Assembly: GCA_035480055.1 (NCBI GenBank)
Contig: DATIIB010000001.1
Location: forward strand, 183,453 to 225,926
Source of the DNA: Candidatus Saccharimonadales bacterium
GTDB lineage: Bacteria; Patescibacteriota; Saccharimonadia; Saccharimonadales; DASZAF01
Direction of reading: 5' to 3'
DNA length: 42,474 nucleotides
Shown: in pieces, positions 7,238 through 16,264 of the stretch
How the letters are laid out: the number at the start of each line of letters is the position of its first letter
Position numbering within the stretch: position 1 is the stretch's first letter
The notes under the pieces: model-generated
The model's database searches: none
Told to the model about the DNA's origin: nothing
What the model saw: the letters and a program-made list of their open reading frames with translations, nothing else
Position numbers and translations under genes: made by a program

Positions 7238-7266
7238 AAAAAGCATATCTTTTGGATATGCTTTTT
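7238..7266. terminator. Bidirectional terminator (tRNA-Ser(GCU) / convergent gene 7270..8436)
   Basis: AAAAA-GCATATC-ttttg-GATATGC-TTTTT. Confidence 0.7.
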
Positions 7267-7269
7267 AAG

Positions 7270-8436
7270 TTATCGCGTACGGAGCCTAGCTGGAGCTGAG
7301 AGCCGATTGTAATAGGCGTCTATTTCCTGTCGCACAAACCCTCGAGCCCTGGTAATGATAGGGAGATATTTTTCGCCTCGAGACGTTCGGAACTGCGTTT
7401 CGGCTTTCTCTAACTCTCTCGCTATTATGGTGACTGCGATAAAGCTTTCACCATCCACGAGATCGCGGATGACTTCTGCAAAAGCTGCTTCAGCTGCTTC
7501 AGCATCTTCGCGGCTCGATAAGAGAGCGCTAATCGTGCTCTTTGCTGGTCTAACCGCCTCCGTTTCCATACTGGCGCGCAGCTCCACAATTCGCGGATGC
7601 GTTCGGATAATTTCTGGACTGCCGCCTTGCCGAACAAGCTCAATATAAAGAGGCTCAAGATTGGCAAAGTCGATCAGCAACAGGGGGTCGGCCTCTCCTT
7701 CGCGTTGGCGCAGCTCATACTGAGTACGGAGTTCTTCGCGATGTTGACAAAGCAATTGAATGGCTACGTTGGGATCTGATTGAGCGAGAACATCTTTAGA
7801 AATCCCACGCAGCGTATCACTGGGCAGATTCTCATAAGCCCGACGTTCCTGCACGCGGCGCAAGCCAGCAGTTGCTACCGCAAGTACTTCCGAGGGAAGC
7901 ACGTTCCAACGCTCGAGTAATTGGAGTTGCTGTTCGTTTGGAGGAGTTTGGCTGGTAAGCACCGCTTCCGCCAGCGGTCGCGCTTGGGTGAGGAAAAGAG
8001 TGTCAGCTGCGCGCTTCTCATCATCTGAGGGATTAGGGATGGTCGAGATACTCGCAAAATCTCCTGCCACAAAGGCTGCCTGTAGGGCCTGAGGATTGCC
8101 AGCAAGTGCTTCACCACGCTGCGCAAAATATGCCTCAAGGTGCGGTGGTTTGTAGTCTGTAAATTCTGCCAAGGCGCCTGCAGCTATGAGTGAAGCGCGA
8201 GTGCGTGAAAGGGCGTTGCCGAGCCTTGCCTGCGCATCTTCCGGCAGCTCCGGCGCGCGGAACGCGTCTCTCATGTCGCCGTAGATAGTTGCAATGCATT
8301 CGTGGGCAGCAACTGCGTCGCCGGCCTTTAAGAGTGTATTTGCCTGCTCTAACCGAGGTACGACCAATAATTCGTACACATCGCTAGACGAAGACGGATC
8401 ATACTCGTAAGTATGAGCTGAGGTTGTTTCGGACAT
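7270..8436 (-). CDS. Hypothetical protein (388 aa, predicted helical, no TM)
   Basis: Long ORF with an AGGTGA RBS-like motif and TGgTAAAAT upstream. I do not recognise any motif. Confidence 0.6.
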   Translation of the reverse strand: MSETTSAHTYEYDPSSSSDVYELLVVPRLEQANTLLKAGDAVAAHECIATIYGDMRDAFRAPELPEDAQARLGNALSRTRASLIAAGALAEFTDYKPPHLEAYFAQRGEALAGNPQALQAAFVAGDFASISTIPNPSDDEKRAADTLFLTQARPLAEAVLTSQTPPNEQQLQLLERWNVLPSEVLAVATAGLRRVQERRAYENLPSDTLRGISKDVLAQSDPNVAIQLLCQHREELRTQYELRQREGEADPLLLIDFANLEPLYIELVRQGGSPEIIRTHPRIVELRASMETEAVRPAKSTISALLSSREDAEAAEAAFAEVIRDLVDGESFIAVTIIARELEKAETQFRTSRGEKYLPIITRARGFVRQEIDAYYNRLSAPARLRTR

Positions 8437-8496
8437 TTATTCACCTACTGTTACGTAAGGCAATATTTTACCATATTTACGCACAATTTGCGAATA

Positions 8497-9021
8497 TTAG
8501 ACAGGCAGTTTATCAAGATATCGTTCCCACGTGATACGGAGCGATGGGGCGAAATCTTTTGGACTAGCTTTGAGACGCTTGGTAAGTTCGCGCGGAGTGA
8601 TGGTGAACATTTCTCCAATGTCGGTCTTGCTGAAAACCTTTGGTGGATCACCCACGACGTAAAAAACGCTGACGTAGCGTTTGATTTTGTCTCCGTAATC
8701 TATGGGACCTTCACCCACGAATTTGACATCCGCATCGTCAATAAAAAGTTCGCGGGCTACGCTGCGGCGGGCAGCAGCTTCGGCTGTTTCGTCGGTGCGG
8801 CGGATCGTTCCTACCGGAATACTCAGCTGACCAGGATAGAGATTCGGCAAATCTGTCCGGTCCAGAATTGGCGTAAGGACAATCTCCCCTTCGGGTGTGA
8901 TAAGAAAGACCATAATGACATGAAAAATATCATGCAGTTTATCGATCTCGCGTCGCAGTTTGTGTCCAACAATACTTCCGGTTTCGTCAAGTATGTCAAC
9001 ATTGTGTGCTGCGTGCTCCAT
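8497..9021 (-). CDS. Nudix-superfamily protein (IDI-like, degenerate Nudix box)
   Basis: PVGTIRRTDETAEAAARRSVARELFI resembles the Nudix/IDI helix (compare GESNEDAVIRRCRYELGV of Idi). ATG at 9021 is preferred because TATAAT lies 6 nt upstream. Confidence 0.5.
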   Translation of the reverse strand: MEHAAHNVDILDETGSIVGHKLRREIDKLHDIFHVIMVFLITPEGEIVLTPILDRTDLPNLYPGQLSIPVGTIRRTDETAEAAARRSVARELFIDDADVKFVGEGPIDYGDKIKRYVSVFYVVGDPPKVFSKTDIGEMFTITPRELTKRLKASPKDFAPSLRITWERYLDKLPV

Positions 9022-9027
9022 ACACCT

Positions 9028-9033
9028 ATTATA
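9028..9033 (-). promoter_or_regulatory. -10 box TATAAT 6 nt before the ATG at 9021 (leaderless)
   Basis: On the minus strand: TATAAT, then aggtgt, then ATG. Confidence 0.45.
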
Positions 9034-9062
9034 CACCACTCTTATAATTGTGTCGTGGAATG

Positions 9063-9071
9063 TGGGATAAT
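9063..9071 (+). promoter_or_regulatory. Extended -10 (TGgGATAAT) 6 nt before the ATG at 9078 (leaderless)
   Basis: TGgGATAAT, then aaaggt, then ATG. It is divergent from the 9028 promoter. Confidence 0.45.
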
Positions 9072-9077
9072 AAAGGT

Positions 9078-10106
9078 ATGAAATTCGCTGCTACTTTTAC
9101 GCCAGGGATGGGAGAGCTTGTTGTTCGGCAACTTAAGCGCCAGCCATTGCAAAAATTGCGACTTACCTATCAAGAAGATGGCTTGGTGGTTGGCGACACA
9201 ACGCTGCCGGCAGGTTGGCTGGGTGATGTGCGGTTTTGGCACAATGCGTTTGTGGTGCTGGAAGATGCAACGCAGATTACCTCGGTAGAAGCGCTTTCGA
9301 CACGCATCACTATGGCGTCGATGCGTCGTCTGTTGGAATGTGCGCCAGTGGGAGTGCATACCGTGCAACTGAGGACAATGGACGCTGGCCAACCGGTTAC
9401 GTTGTCTGGATCGCAGCGACGCACGATTGAAAAATTATTGGTAAGTGCCGGCCTGCAAGCTGCCTCGCATCGGGCCGATTGTGAACTATGGCTGCTTCGC
9501 CGGGCCAGCGGTTACGGGTTTGTGGGACTACGTTGGCCTCGTGCCAGATTCAAACGTCGTCCATTGGCGCCTGGCGAACTGCGGCCCGAACTGGCACATC
9601 TGCTGTGCTTGGCGGCAGGAGTAACCGGTAGTGATGTGGTGCTCGACCCATTTACCGGACACGGTGCTATCCCCCGCGAGCTCGTGGCCGGCTTTTCGCC
9701 AAACCAAGTGATTGCCATTGAGCAAGAGCCGCGGCTGCTTGGCAAACTGCAGATTTTGGCTAAAGAGAAGCCCAGCCTACGCGTGCTTTCCGGCGATGCA
9801 CTGCATATGAACGAGATTTTGCCTGACAGCATCAGCCGCATTGTGACCGATCCGCCTTGGGGCGACTATGCGCGAATACCAGGGGACATTGAGGGATTTT
9901 ATGCTCAAATGTGCCAAGAGTTTGCGCGCGTCCTGAAGCCGGGCGGTGTGGCTGTGGTGCTGACAAATGCCAAGGACATTCTGACTGCCACAAGCACGCA
10001 AGCCTCACTTGAAGTGGTGAAGCAGTATGATATTTTGGTGTCTGGCAAAAAAGCATCGGTGGTAAAACTGCGGAAATCCATAGTCACCACAGAGAAAACG
10101 CAGTAA
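9078..10106 (+). CDS. Class I SAM-dependent RNA (m2G/m6A-type) methyltransferase, UPF0020/THUMP-like architecture
   Basis: SAM pocket VLDPFTGHGAIPRE, catalytic IVTDPPWG motif, and an N-terminal ~150-aa RNA-binding-like domain. Confidence 0.7.
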   Translation: MKFAATFTPGMGELVVRQLKRQPLQKLRLTYQEDGLVVGDTTLPAGWLGDVRFWHNAFVVLEDATQITSVEALSTRITMASMRRLLECAPVGVHTVQLRTMDAGQPVTLSGSQRRTIEKLLVSAGLQAASHRADCELWLLRRASGYGFVGLRWPRARFKRRPLAPGELRPELAHLLCLAAGVTGSDVVLDPFTGHGAIPRELVAGFSPNQVIAIEQEPRLLGKLQILAKEKPSLRVLSGDALHMNEILPDSISRIVTDPPWGDYARIPGDIEGFYAQMCQEFARVLKPGGVAVVLTNAKDILTATSTQASLEVVKQYDILVSGKKASVVKLRKSIVTTEKTQ

Positions 10107-10116
10107 AATACTCAGC

Positions 10117-11112
10117 ATGTCACAGCCGGCAATAAGCGCCCACCATTTACGCAAAATATATCAAGTGCGCCAGAAGAGCTCTGGTTTACGTGGTTTGTTG
10201 CGTCCCAAATATAGCGAAGTGCATGCCGTAAATGGAATTGATTTTACTATTCAGCCAGGTGAATTCGTTGGTTTTATCGGCCCAAACGGTGCGGGCAAAT
10301 CCACAACGATCAAAATGCTGACCGGCATTCTGAGCCGCAGTGGTGGCACGGTGAAGGTTGGCGGCAAAGACCCCGAGACACATCGTCAGCAGCTGGCGTA
10401 CCAGATTGGCACCGTGTTTGGTCAGCGGTCACAACTGTGGTACCACTTGCCACCGGGCGATACGTTTGAGGTGCTGGCGCGGATTTATGAACTGGATCGT
10501 GCCCAGTATCAGCAGCGTCTTAAAAAACTTGTCGACGCCTTTGAGCTGCAGGAGTTTCTACACATCCCTATCCGCAAACTAAGTCTTGGTCAACGCATGC
10601 GTTGTGAGATTGCGGCCAGCCTGCTGCATGGACCGCAGCTCATCTTTTTGGACGAACCGACCATTGGCTTGGACGTGATTGCCAAGCAAAAGATCCGCGA
10701 AGTGCTCCGCGAGCTCAACCAAGACGACGGCATCACCATTCTGCTCACCTCTCATGATGCAGGTGACATCGAAGAGCTCTGTAAACGGACGATCGTCATT
10801 AATCATGGCAGTATGATCTTTGATGACACTACGGCACAGTTTAAACGTAAATTCATTACCAAAAAGACGGTTGAGTTGCTGACCGCTGTGCCGCTTGGAA
10901 ATCTCCATCCGCCACTTGGCACAATCGTCGAGCAAGCTGACCGTAAGCTGGTCATCGAAGTCGCAACCGACGGCAAAGACTCCGGTGGTTTACAGAAGCT
11001 GCTCGCTTGGGCTACCAAAGAACTTCAAATTGCTGATATGACGGTGACCGATCCGCCGATGGAAGAAATCATCGCCAGTATTTACCGCGCCCAAGAGGTG
11101 CCGCATGAGTAG
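10117..11112 (+). CDS. ABC transporter ATP-binding protein (ABC-2 exporter type)
   Basis: Walker A GPNGAGKST, signature LSLGQRMR, Walker B LIFLDEPTIGLD, and a C-terminal extension typical of COG4586-like ATPases. Confidence 0.9.
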   Translation: MSQPAISAHHLRKIYQVRQKSSGLRGLLRPKYSEVHAVNGIDFTIQPGEFVGFIGPNGAGKSTTIKMLTGILSRSGGTVKVGGKDPETHRQQLAYQIGTVFGQRSQLWYHLPPGDTFEVLARIYELDRAQYQQRLKKLVDAFELQEFLHIPIRKLSLGQRMRCEIAASLLHGPQLIFLDEPTIGLDVIAKQKIREVLRELNQDDGITILLTSHDAGDIEELCKRTIVINHGSMIFDDTTAQFKRKFITKKTVELLTAVPLGNLHPPLGTIVEQADRKLVIEVATDGKDSGGLQKLLAWATKELQIADMTVTDPPMEEIIASIYRAQEVPHE

Positions 11113-11932
11113 TTTGGCGGTCGCTGAACGTTTGCCCAGGTTCGCCAAGTATTTTTTTGTCAGTCGCATTGGTTTTAAAGACGGCAAGGTGTACCCGCTT
11201 GAAATGCTGGCGCCGAGTATCATCGTGGTTGCCCGACTCTGGGTATTTACGCTGGTGCTTAAGGCAGCCTTTGCGTCAAAGGGCGTGACGGCCGTAAATG
11301 GCTTTACTCCAGCGATGAGCATGTGGGTGCTGATGTTTGCCCAGTCCTTTCAGCAAGCCAGCAAAGGACGGGTGTGGCTTGAGATTTCGCGTGATGTCCA
11401 GAGTGGCGCGTTTGCGACGCTGATTACCAAGCCTGTCTCGTATGGGCTCTTTCATTTCTCGCGCTACCTCGGCAATATCATCCCGGCGCTGGCCACGAGT
11501 TTAAGCGTTGGAGTGGTGTCCGTGCTTGTGTTGGTGGGGCCTGTGCACTTTTCGCTCTTGGGCGCCCTGATCTTTTTGCCAATGTTTGCGATCGGTATTT
11601 CGCTTAATTTTATGATCTACTTTTGTGTTGGCCTGACTTCGCTTTGGCTGGAGGATTCAACGCCGATCACGTGGATCGTGAGCAAGATGATTCTTATCTT
11701 TGGGGGCATGATTGTCCCGATTGCCATATTGCCAGGGGTCACACGTCAGATAGCGCAGGTACTTCCCTTTGCGCAGTTATTCGCGCTTCCTTCCCAATTG
11801 GTAGTCTCATTTAATGTGCATGATTTTGAACGGATAATGATTACCCAGTTGAGCTGGTTGGTGGTCGCTATTTTCTTTTCGATCTGGTTTTTTAAGAAAG
11901 GACGACGCCATGTGGCTAGTAACGGCGGTTAA
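11105..11932 (+). CDS. ABC-2 family transporter permease
   Basis: Its start overlaps the ATPase stop (ATGAGTAG). It is a polytopic hydrophobic protein with about 6 TM segments. Confidence 0.8.
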   Translation: MSSLAVAERLPRFAKYFFVSRIGFKDGKVYPLEMLAPSIIVVARLWVFTLVLKAAFASKGVTAVNGFTPAMSMWVLMFAQSFQQASKGRVWLEISRDVQSGAFATLITKPVSYGLFHFSRYLGNIIPALATSLSVGVVSVLVLVGPVHFSLLGALIFLPMFAIGISLNFMIYFCVGLTSLWLEDSTPITWIVSKMILIFGGMIVPIAILPGVTRQIAQVLPFAQLFALPSQLVVSFNVHDFERIMITQLSWLVVAIFFSIWFFKKGRRHVASNGG

Positions 11933-12716
11933 GCGAGGCAAGCTGGCCAGTTACATCGCGTGGCTAGGCGTGAAGAGCGCGTATGAGTATCGCGCTGCCT
12001 TTTGGCTGCAGGTGATCGGAATGATTATTAATAACAGCGCGGTGATGGTAGTGCTGGTGCTTTTTTACGCCCAGTTTGGCAACGTGCATGGATGGGGCTT
12101 TAAGGATTCGCTGTTTGTGTTTGGAGTGAATGCCATTGCTTTTGGCGGCACGCAGCTCCTTTTTGGGAATATGATCGGCAACAATCTTGGGGAGCGGATC
12201 GTTGATGGCAATCTGGACACCTATATGCTGTTTCCGCAGGATACGTTGTTCCACTTGAGTATACGTCGCATTGATATCTCCGGACTTGGCGATATACTCT
12301 CTGGGCTTAGCTATGTGCTGTTAAGCGGGTATCTGAATTCATGGCATGCGCTTTTACTACCCATAGGGGTGGTGGCGGCTATGGCAGTTCTGTACGGTGG
12401 GTCGCTGTTGGTGCAATCACTCACCTTTTGGTTTGCGGGCCTGAGAAGCTATGGAGGCGTGTATACCAGCACGGTTACCATGACTGCCAACTGGCCACGA
12501 AACGCCTTCACGGGCCTCTCTAAAGTCGTTCTATTGGGTGTCTTCCCTGCCCTGTTCACGGTTTATTTGCCCGCGCAGCTGGTGACGAGGTTTGAATGGT
12601 CGGCGCTGGGATTGGTCGTTGCTTTTGCAGTGGCGATTAATATTGCCGGCCGCTTGGTTTTTGCTCGTGGTCTTAAACGCTACGAATCAGGTAATTTAGT
12701 TACCACCAATTTGTGA
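11910..12716 (+). CDS. ABC-2 family transporter permease (second subunit)
   Basis: It overlaps the previous gene by 23 nt and is a polytopic membrane protein of the same operon. Confidence 0.8.
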   Translation: MWLVTAVKRGKLASYIAWLGVKSAYEYRAAFWLQVIGMIINNSAVMVVLVLFYAQFGNVHGWGFKDSLFVFGVNAIAFGGTQLLFGNMIGNNLGERIVDGNLDTYMLFPQDTLFHLSIRRIDISGLGDILSGLSYVLLSGYLNSWHALLLPIGVVAAMAVLYGGSLLVQSLTFWFAGLRSYGGVYTSTVTMTANWPRNAFTGLSKVVLLGVFPALFTVYLPAQLVTRFEWSALGLVVAFAVAINIAGRLVFARGLKRYESGNLVTTNL

Positions 12717-12734
12717 TATAATGACCTCTGTTGT

Positions 12735-12860
12735 GGAGAGGTGTCCGTGCAACGCAGTGCTTCTCGCAGTTTCGCCGAAGGCGGAACGATAAAAGTGCAA
12801 GTTGCTATAGCGAGTATTTGCCTGTGGCAAAACGGAGCGCTGTGGAGTGAGGACATCTCA
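12735..12860 (+). ncRNA. Candidate structured RNA / tRNA-Ser 5'-end duplication (unclassified)
   Basis: TGGAGAGGTGTCCG (12734-12747) repeats the 5' end of the adjacent tRNA (12881-12894). GAGGTGTCC (12738-12746) can pair with GGACATCTC (12851-12859), enclosing at least 3 local hairpins. There is no ORF. Confidence 0.25.
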
Positions 12861-12881
12861 ACCAGCTATAATTAAAATTAT

Positions 12882-12973
<92 letters not shown>

Positions 12974-12977
12974 ATTT

Positions 12978-13005
12978 AAACAGCCGACTTGTTCGGCTGT
13001 TTTTT
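12978..13005 (+). terminator. Terminator hairpin, repeat copy 1 (AAACAGCCGACTTGTTCGGCTGTTTTTT)
   Basis: Stem CAGCCGA/TCGGCTG followed by a T-run. The hairpin core CAGCCGACTTGTTCGGCTG recurs identically at 29897-29924 and 42301-42329; the flanking A/T runs vary by 1-2 nt. Confidence 0.8.
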
Positions 13006-13276
13006 GTATTCCCCATCCTTCCCACAACGCTCCCCACCCTTCCGTTTCCCAAAAGCAACGTAACCGTTTACTTCGTAAGCCGACATTGCTTTTGGGAGCC
13101 CTCGGAAGGGTGATGGCTGTCCTCGTTGTTGGTAAATAGCGATGAGTCTGTTAGTTGGGTACGAACGGGTGACACCTGACGGGGCAGCCCCAAAATTGCT
13201 TTGTGTACCCACAAAGAATTTTAGGGGCGGATCAGGTGGCAGGACCCGTGGAGGTTGGGAAAAGGGAGGAGGGCGA
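13006..13276 (+). repeat. MITE-like non-coding repeat element, copy 1 (diverged)
   Basis: C-rich left end (TATTCCCCATCCTTCCC) and G-rich right end (GGGAAAAGGGAGGAGGG) form imperfect terminal inverted repeats. There are two long internal hairpins. It is homologous to 29925-30282 (inverted) and 42330-42474. Confidence 0.65.
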
Positions 13277-13311
13277 TTTGAGCAAAGAGCAAGTGCGGGT
13301 ATACTACTCAT

Positions 13312-13704
13312 ATGAGCACCCTCTTCACCAAAATCATCACCGGCGAGATTCCCTCGCACAAAGTTTACGAAGACGACAAAACATTTGCCTTCCTGGACAT
13401 TTATCCCATTACCGAAGGTCACGTGTTGGTAATTCCTAAAGTAGAGTGCGATCGATTCGAAGACCTTTCAGATGCAGACTATCAGGCGGTGTGGCAAACC
13501 GTCCGCCGTGTCGCCAAGCGGCTCCGTGAAGTCTATGGTGACAAACGAGTGTGCCTGAAGGTCGAAGGTTTTGATGTACCGCACGCACACATCCATGTCT
13601 TCGCCTGCCACAATGCTGAGGATTTTTATCGCCAAGCCGATCGTTCAAGAGAACCAGATCACGAAGCACTGGCGATTGTGGCTCAAAAAATCGCCTTTAG
13701 TTAG
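13312..13704 (+). CDS. HIT (histidine triad) family nucleotide hydrolase
   Basis: HAHIHVF triad and the typical N-terminus CIFCKII-like TKIITGEIPSHKVYEDD. TATACT lies 6 nt before the ATG. Confidence 0.9.
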   Translation: MSTLFTKIITGEIPSHKVYEDDKTFAFLDIYPITEGHVLVIPKVECDRFEDLSDADYQAVWQTVRRVAKRLREVYGDKRVCLKVEGFDVPHAHIHVFACHNAEDFYRQADRSREPDHEALAIVAQKIAFS

Positions 13705-16264
13705 CGAGTGACTCTTGAGACGAGAGCTCGCTCTCGAGGCGCTTGGCCATGGCTTGAGCTTCTGTAAGTTGCGTGCGGCTGGCGCTGACGATTTCTTCAG
13801 GCGCGTTTTGAACGTAGGAGTCATTTCCAAGGCGTTTCTCGAGTTGCGAAATTTGGGCGGTTACTTCCGTAAGGTGGTGCGCCAGCTTTTCGCGGTAGCG
13901 AACGAGCTCATCGTCGGTTACCTCGAGCCAGGCACTCAGACTGTTGTGCGGAATGCGTAGACCCTTGCCGACCTCGGTTGCAGTGACGGTTACTTTGGCA
14001 AGATGACCAATCAAGGCGGCATTGTCATTTATCAATTCGTCATTTTCGTGCAGCAAAGTTTGGTTGCGAACGCTCCCTAGTTCATCTTGTATCAGACGAA
14101 TGCGGCGTACCAATTCCATGAGCGACCGAAACTGTTCGGCTTTTGTTTTATCATATGCCACGACCTCTGGCCACTGGCTGGTGATCACCATACCTTCTTC
14201 CCACTTGAGCGTCTGCCAGATGGTTTCGGTGACAAAGGGCACAAAGGGGTGAGCCAGCTTGAGGATTGTCTCCAGAGCATACGCCAGCATTGGCTTGTTG
14301 AGTTGGACCTTGCTTGATTCCAGGTACCAATCGGCAATATCATCCCAAATCAGGTGATAAATTGCTTCGGTTGCTTCAGCCAGACGGTAGCTGTCGATGT
14401 TCTGTTGCACATCAGCACTGGTTAGCGCCAGTCGCTCCAAAAGCCAGTGATCGGCTGGAGTTCGGGCTGAAGGTGTGCGGTCTTGGTACTCATCGCCTAC
14501 TTTATCCTCCACTAAACGGGCCATGTTCCAGAGTTTGTTACAGAAGTTACGGGCAGCGATGATTTTGTCCCGGCCAAAAGCTTGATTCAACCCTGGACTG
14601 CGACCAAGTAACAGCCCCATGCGCAGCGCATCAGAGCCATACTCAGCAATGATGTCTTGTGGATTAAGCACATTGCCTTTGCTCTTGCTCATTTTCTGGC
14701 CATGTTCGTCAAGGACCAGGCCATGCAGGTAGACGTCTTTAAAAGGCACTTGGTCGGTGCGGTACAAGCCAAGCATGATCATGCGACTTACCCAAGGGAA
14801 GAGAATATCGAAGCCGGTTTCCATGACGCTGTTGGGATAGAACTTAGCCAGATCACCGTCGCTCAGATAGTCGGTAGTGATGTACGGCCATTGCCCAGAG
14901 CTAAACCAGGTGTCAAAGACGTCAGGGTCACGCTGGTAGGTTTTGCCATCAACTTCGACAGTCTCTTGGTCAACGCGGTGGTCAAAGACCCAGTCCTTGG
15001 AGTCATCAATATTTTGAAACGCTGGAATTGGAATGCCCCAGGCGATCTGGCGACTAATGTTCCAATCTTTCAGTTCACTGAGGTAGTTGAGCAGCGCTTT
15101 GCGTTTGCTGACCGGGTAAAAAGTGATGTCGCCATTTTCGATGGCCTTGATCGCTTTGGCAGCGAGCGGCTTAATGCGCACAAACCACTGATCTTTGATC
15201 ATTGGCTCAATAACAGTGCCACATTTGTAGCAATGACCGACGGAGTGTTCTAATTCTGTTTTACCACGGAGTACTCCCCTCTCGTCGAGTCGCTCCACAA
15301 TCTTGTTACGTGCTTCGGTTACGGTGAGGCCCTGGTACGCTTCCGCAACCTCGTTGGTCATTTTGCCATCGAATCCGATTACCTGGATGATTGGCAGATT
15401 ATGTCGCTCCCCTATCTCGAAGTCTGTTGGATCGTGCGCAGGGGTGACCTTAACTGCGCCAGTGCCGAACTCGCGCTCAATGGCTTTGTCAGCAATAATC
15501 GGAATGGTGCGATTAGTCAAAGGAAGTTTGAGTTCCTTGCCAATAAGGTGCTTGTAGCGCTCATCCTCGGGGTGAACCGCAACGGCAGTATCGCCGAGCA
15601 TCGTCTCTGGCCGAGTAGTGGCCACAATCACTTCACCCTGACCTTCGGCCAAGGGATAGGCGATATTCCACAAATATGATTTTTCGTTCTTATATTCTAC
15701 TTCAATGTCCGCAAACGAAGTTCCGTGCGTTGTACAGTAATTAACTATGCGCTCACCTCTGTAAATAAGGTCATCTTCCCACAGTCGCTTAAAGGTGTCG
15801 TAGGAAGTTTCGACCACCTTTTGGTCTAGGGTGAAGGTTAAGTGGCCCCAATCGCAACTGGTGCCTAGCTCGCGGACCTGTAGCTCCATGTTGCCACGAT
15901 TTTTGGCTACAAAATCCCAGACCTGCTGGTACAGCTCTTCTCGAGTAAAATCGAAGCGTGACTTCCCTTCTTTCTCGAGGGCACGTTCGTACACTACCCA
16001 TGTTTCAAAGCCGGCATGGTCAGCGCCTGGAAGTAAGACAACCGATTTACCTTGTAAACGTTGGTAGCGAACGAGCAAATCCTCGACAGCGAGCGTTAAC
16101 GCATGGCCAATATGTAGATTTCCATTTGCGTTTGGCGGTGGCATGATGATACTATATGTTCCTTTTGAGGTATCTTCGGAGGGCGCAAACGCATTACTCG
16201 CCTCCCACAAGGCGTAGGTCGTTGGTTCGTATTGTTGTGGTTCGTAAACCTTTGCAAGTTTCAT
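13697..16264 (-). CDS. valS: Valine--tRNA ligase
   Basis: 855 aa with HIGH-type PPPNANGNLHIGH, KMSKS, and a C-terminal coiled-coil typical of ValRS. Confidence 0.97.
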   Translation of the reverse strand: MKLAKVYEPQQYEPTTYALWEASNAFAPSEDTSKGTYSIIMPPPNANGNLHIGHALTLAVEDLLVRYQRLQGKSVVLLPGADHAGFETWVVYERALEKEGKSRFDFTREELYQQVWDFVAKNRGNMELQVRELGTSCDWGHLTFTLDQKVVETSYDTFKRLWEDDLIYRGERIVNYCTTHGTSFADIEVEYKNEKSYLWNIAYPLAEGQGEVIVATTRPETMLGDTAVAVHPEDERYKHLIGKELKLPLTNRTIPIIADKAIEREFGTGAVKVTPAHDPTDFEIGERHNLPIIQVIGFDGKMTNEVAEAYQGLTVTEARNKIVERLDERGVLRGKTELEHSVGHCYKCGTVIEPMIKDQWFVRIKPLAAKAIKAIENGDITFYPVSKRKALLNYLSELKDWNISRQIAWGIPIPAFQNIDDSKDWVFDHRVDQETVEVDGKTYQRDPDVFDTWFSSGQWPYITTDYLSDGDLAKFYPNSVMETGFDILFPWVSRMIMLGLYRTDQVPFKDVYLHGLVLDEHGQKMSKSKGNVLNPQDIIAEYGSDALRMGLLLGRSPGLNQAFGRDKIIAARNFCNKLWNMARLVEDKVGDEYQDRTPSARTPADHWLLERLALTSADVQQNIDSYRLAEATEAIYHLIWDDIADWYLESSKVQLNKPMLAYALETILKLAHPFVPFVTETIWQTLKWEEGMVITSQWPEVVAYDKTKAEQFRSLMELVRRIRLIQDELGSVRNQTLLHENDELINDNAALIGHLAKVTVTATEVGKGLRIPHNSLSAWLEVTDDELVRYREKLAHHLTEVTAQISQLEKRLGNDSYVQNAPEEIVSASRTQLTEAQAMAKRLESELSSQESLAN

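Noticed and set aside
12735-12860. SRP (4.5S) RNA or tRNA pseudogene interpretation of the spacer RNA candidate
   Set aside because: A GCAACGC stretch resembles 4.5S RNA, but the conserved GGAA-tetraloop/AGCA helix-8 core is missing. There is also no T-arm (GGTTCGAATCC) to support a tRNA pseudogene. It stays an unclassified candidate.
12976-13422. 148-aa minus ORF across repeat copy 1 and 120-aa plus ORF (29923..30285) across copy 2
   Set aside because: The peptides look similar only because the DNA is repeated. Indels between the copies shift the frame (for example GGTAAATAGC versus GGTAATAGC), and there is no start or RBS context. The element is treated as non-coding.
14657-15253. Long antisense ORFs inside valS, groEL (28022..28528), the phosphohexomutases (23224..23850; 24903..25427), the ABC genes and the large PP2C-like gene
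   Set aside because: They lie opposite strongly supported conserved genes, are compositionally biased (Arg/Ser/Ala-rich) and have no start context.
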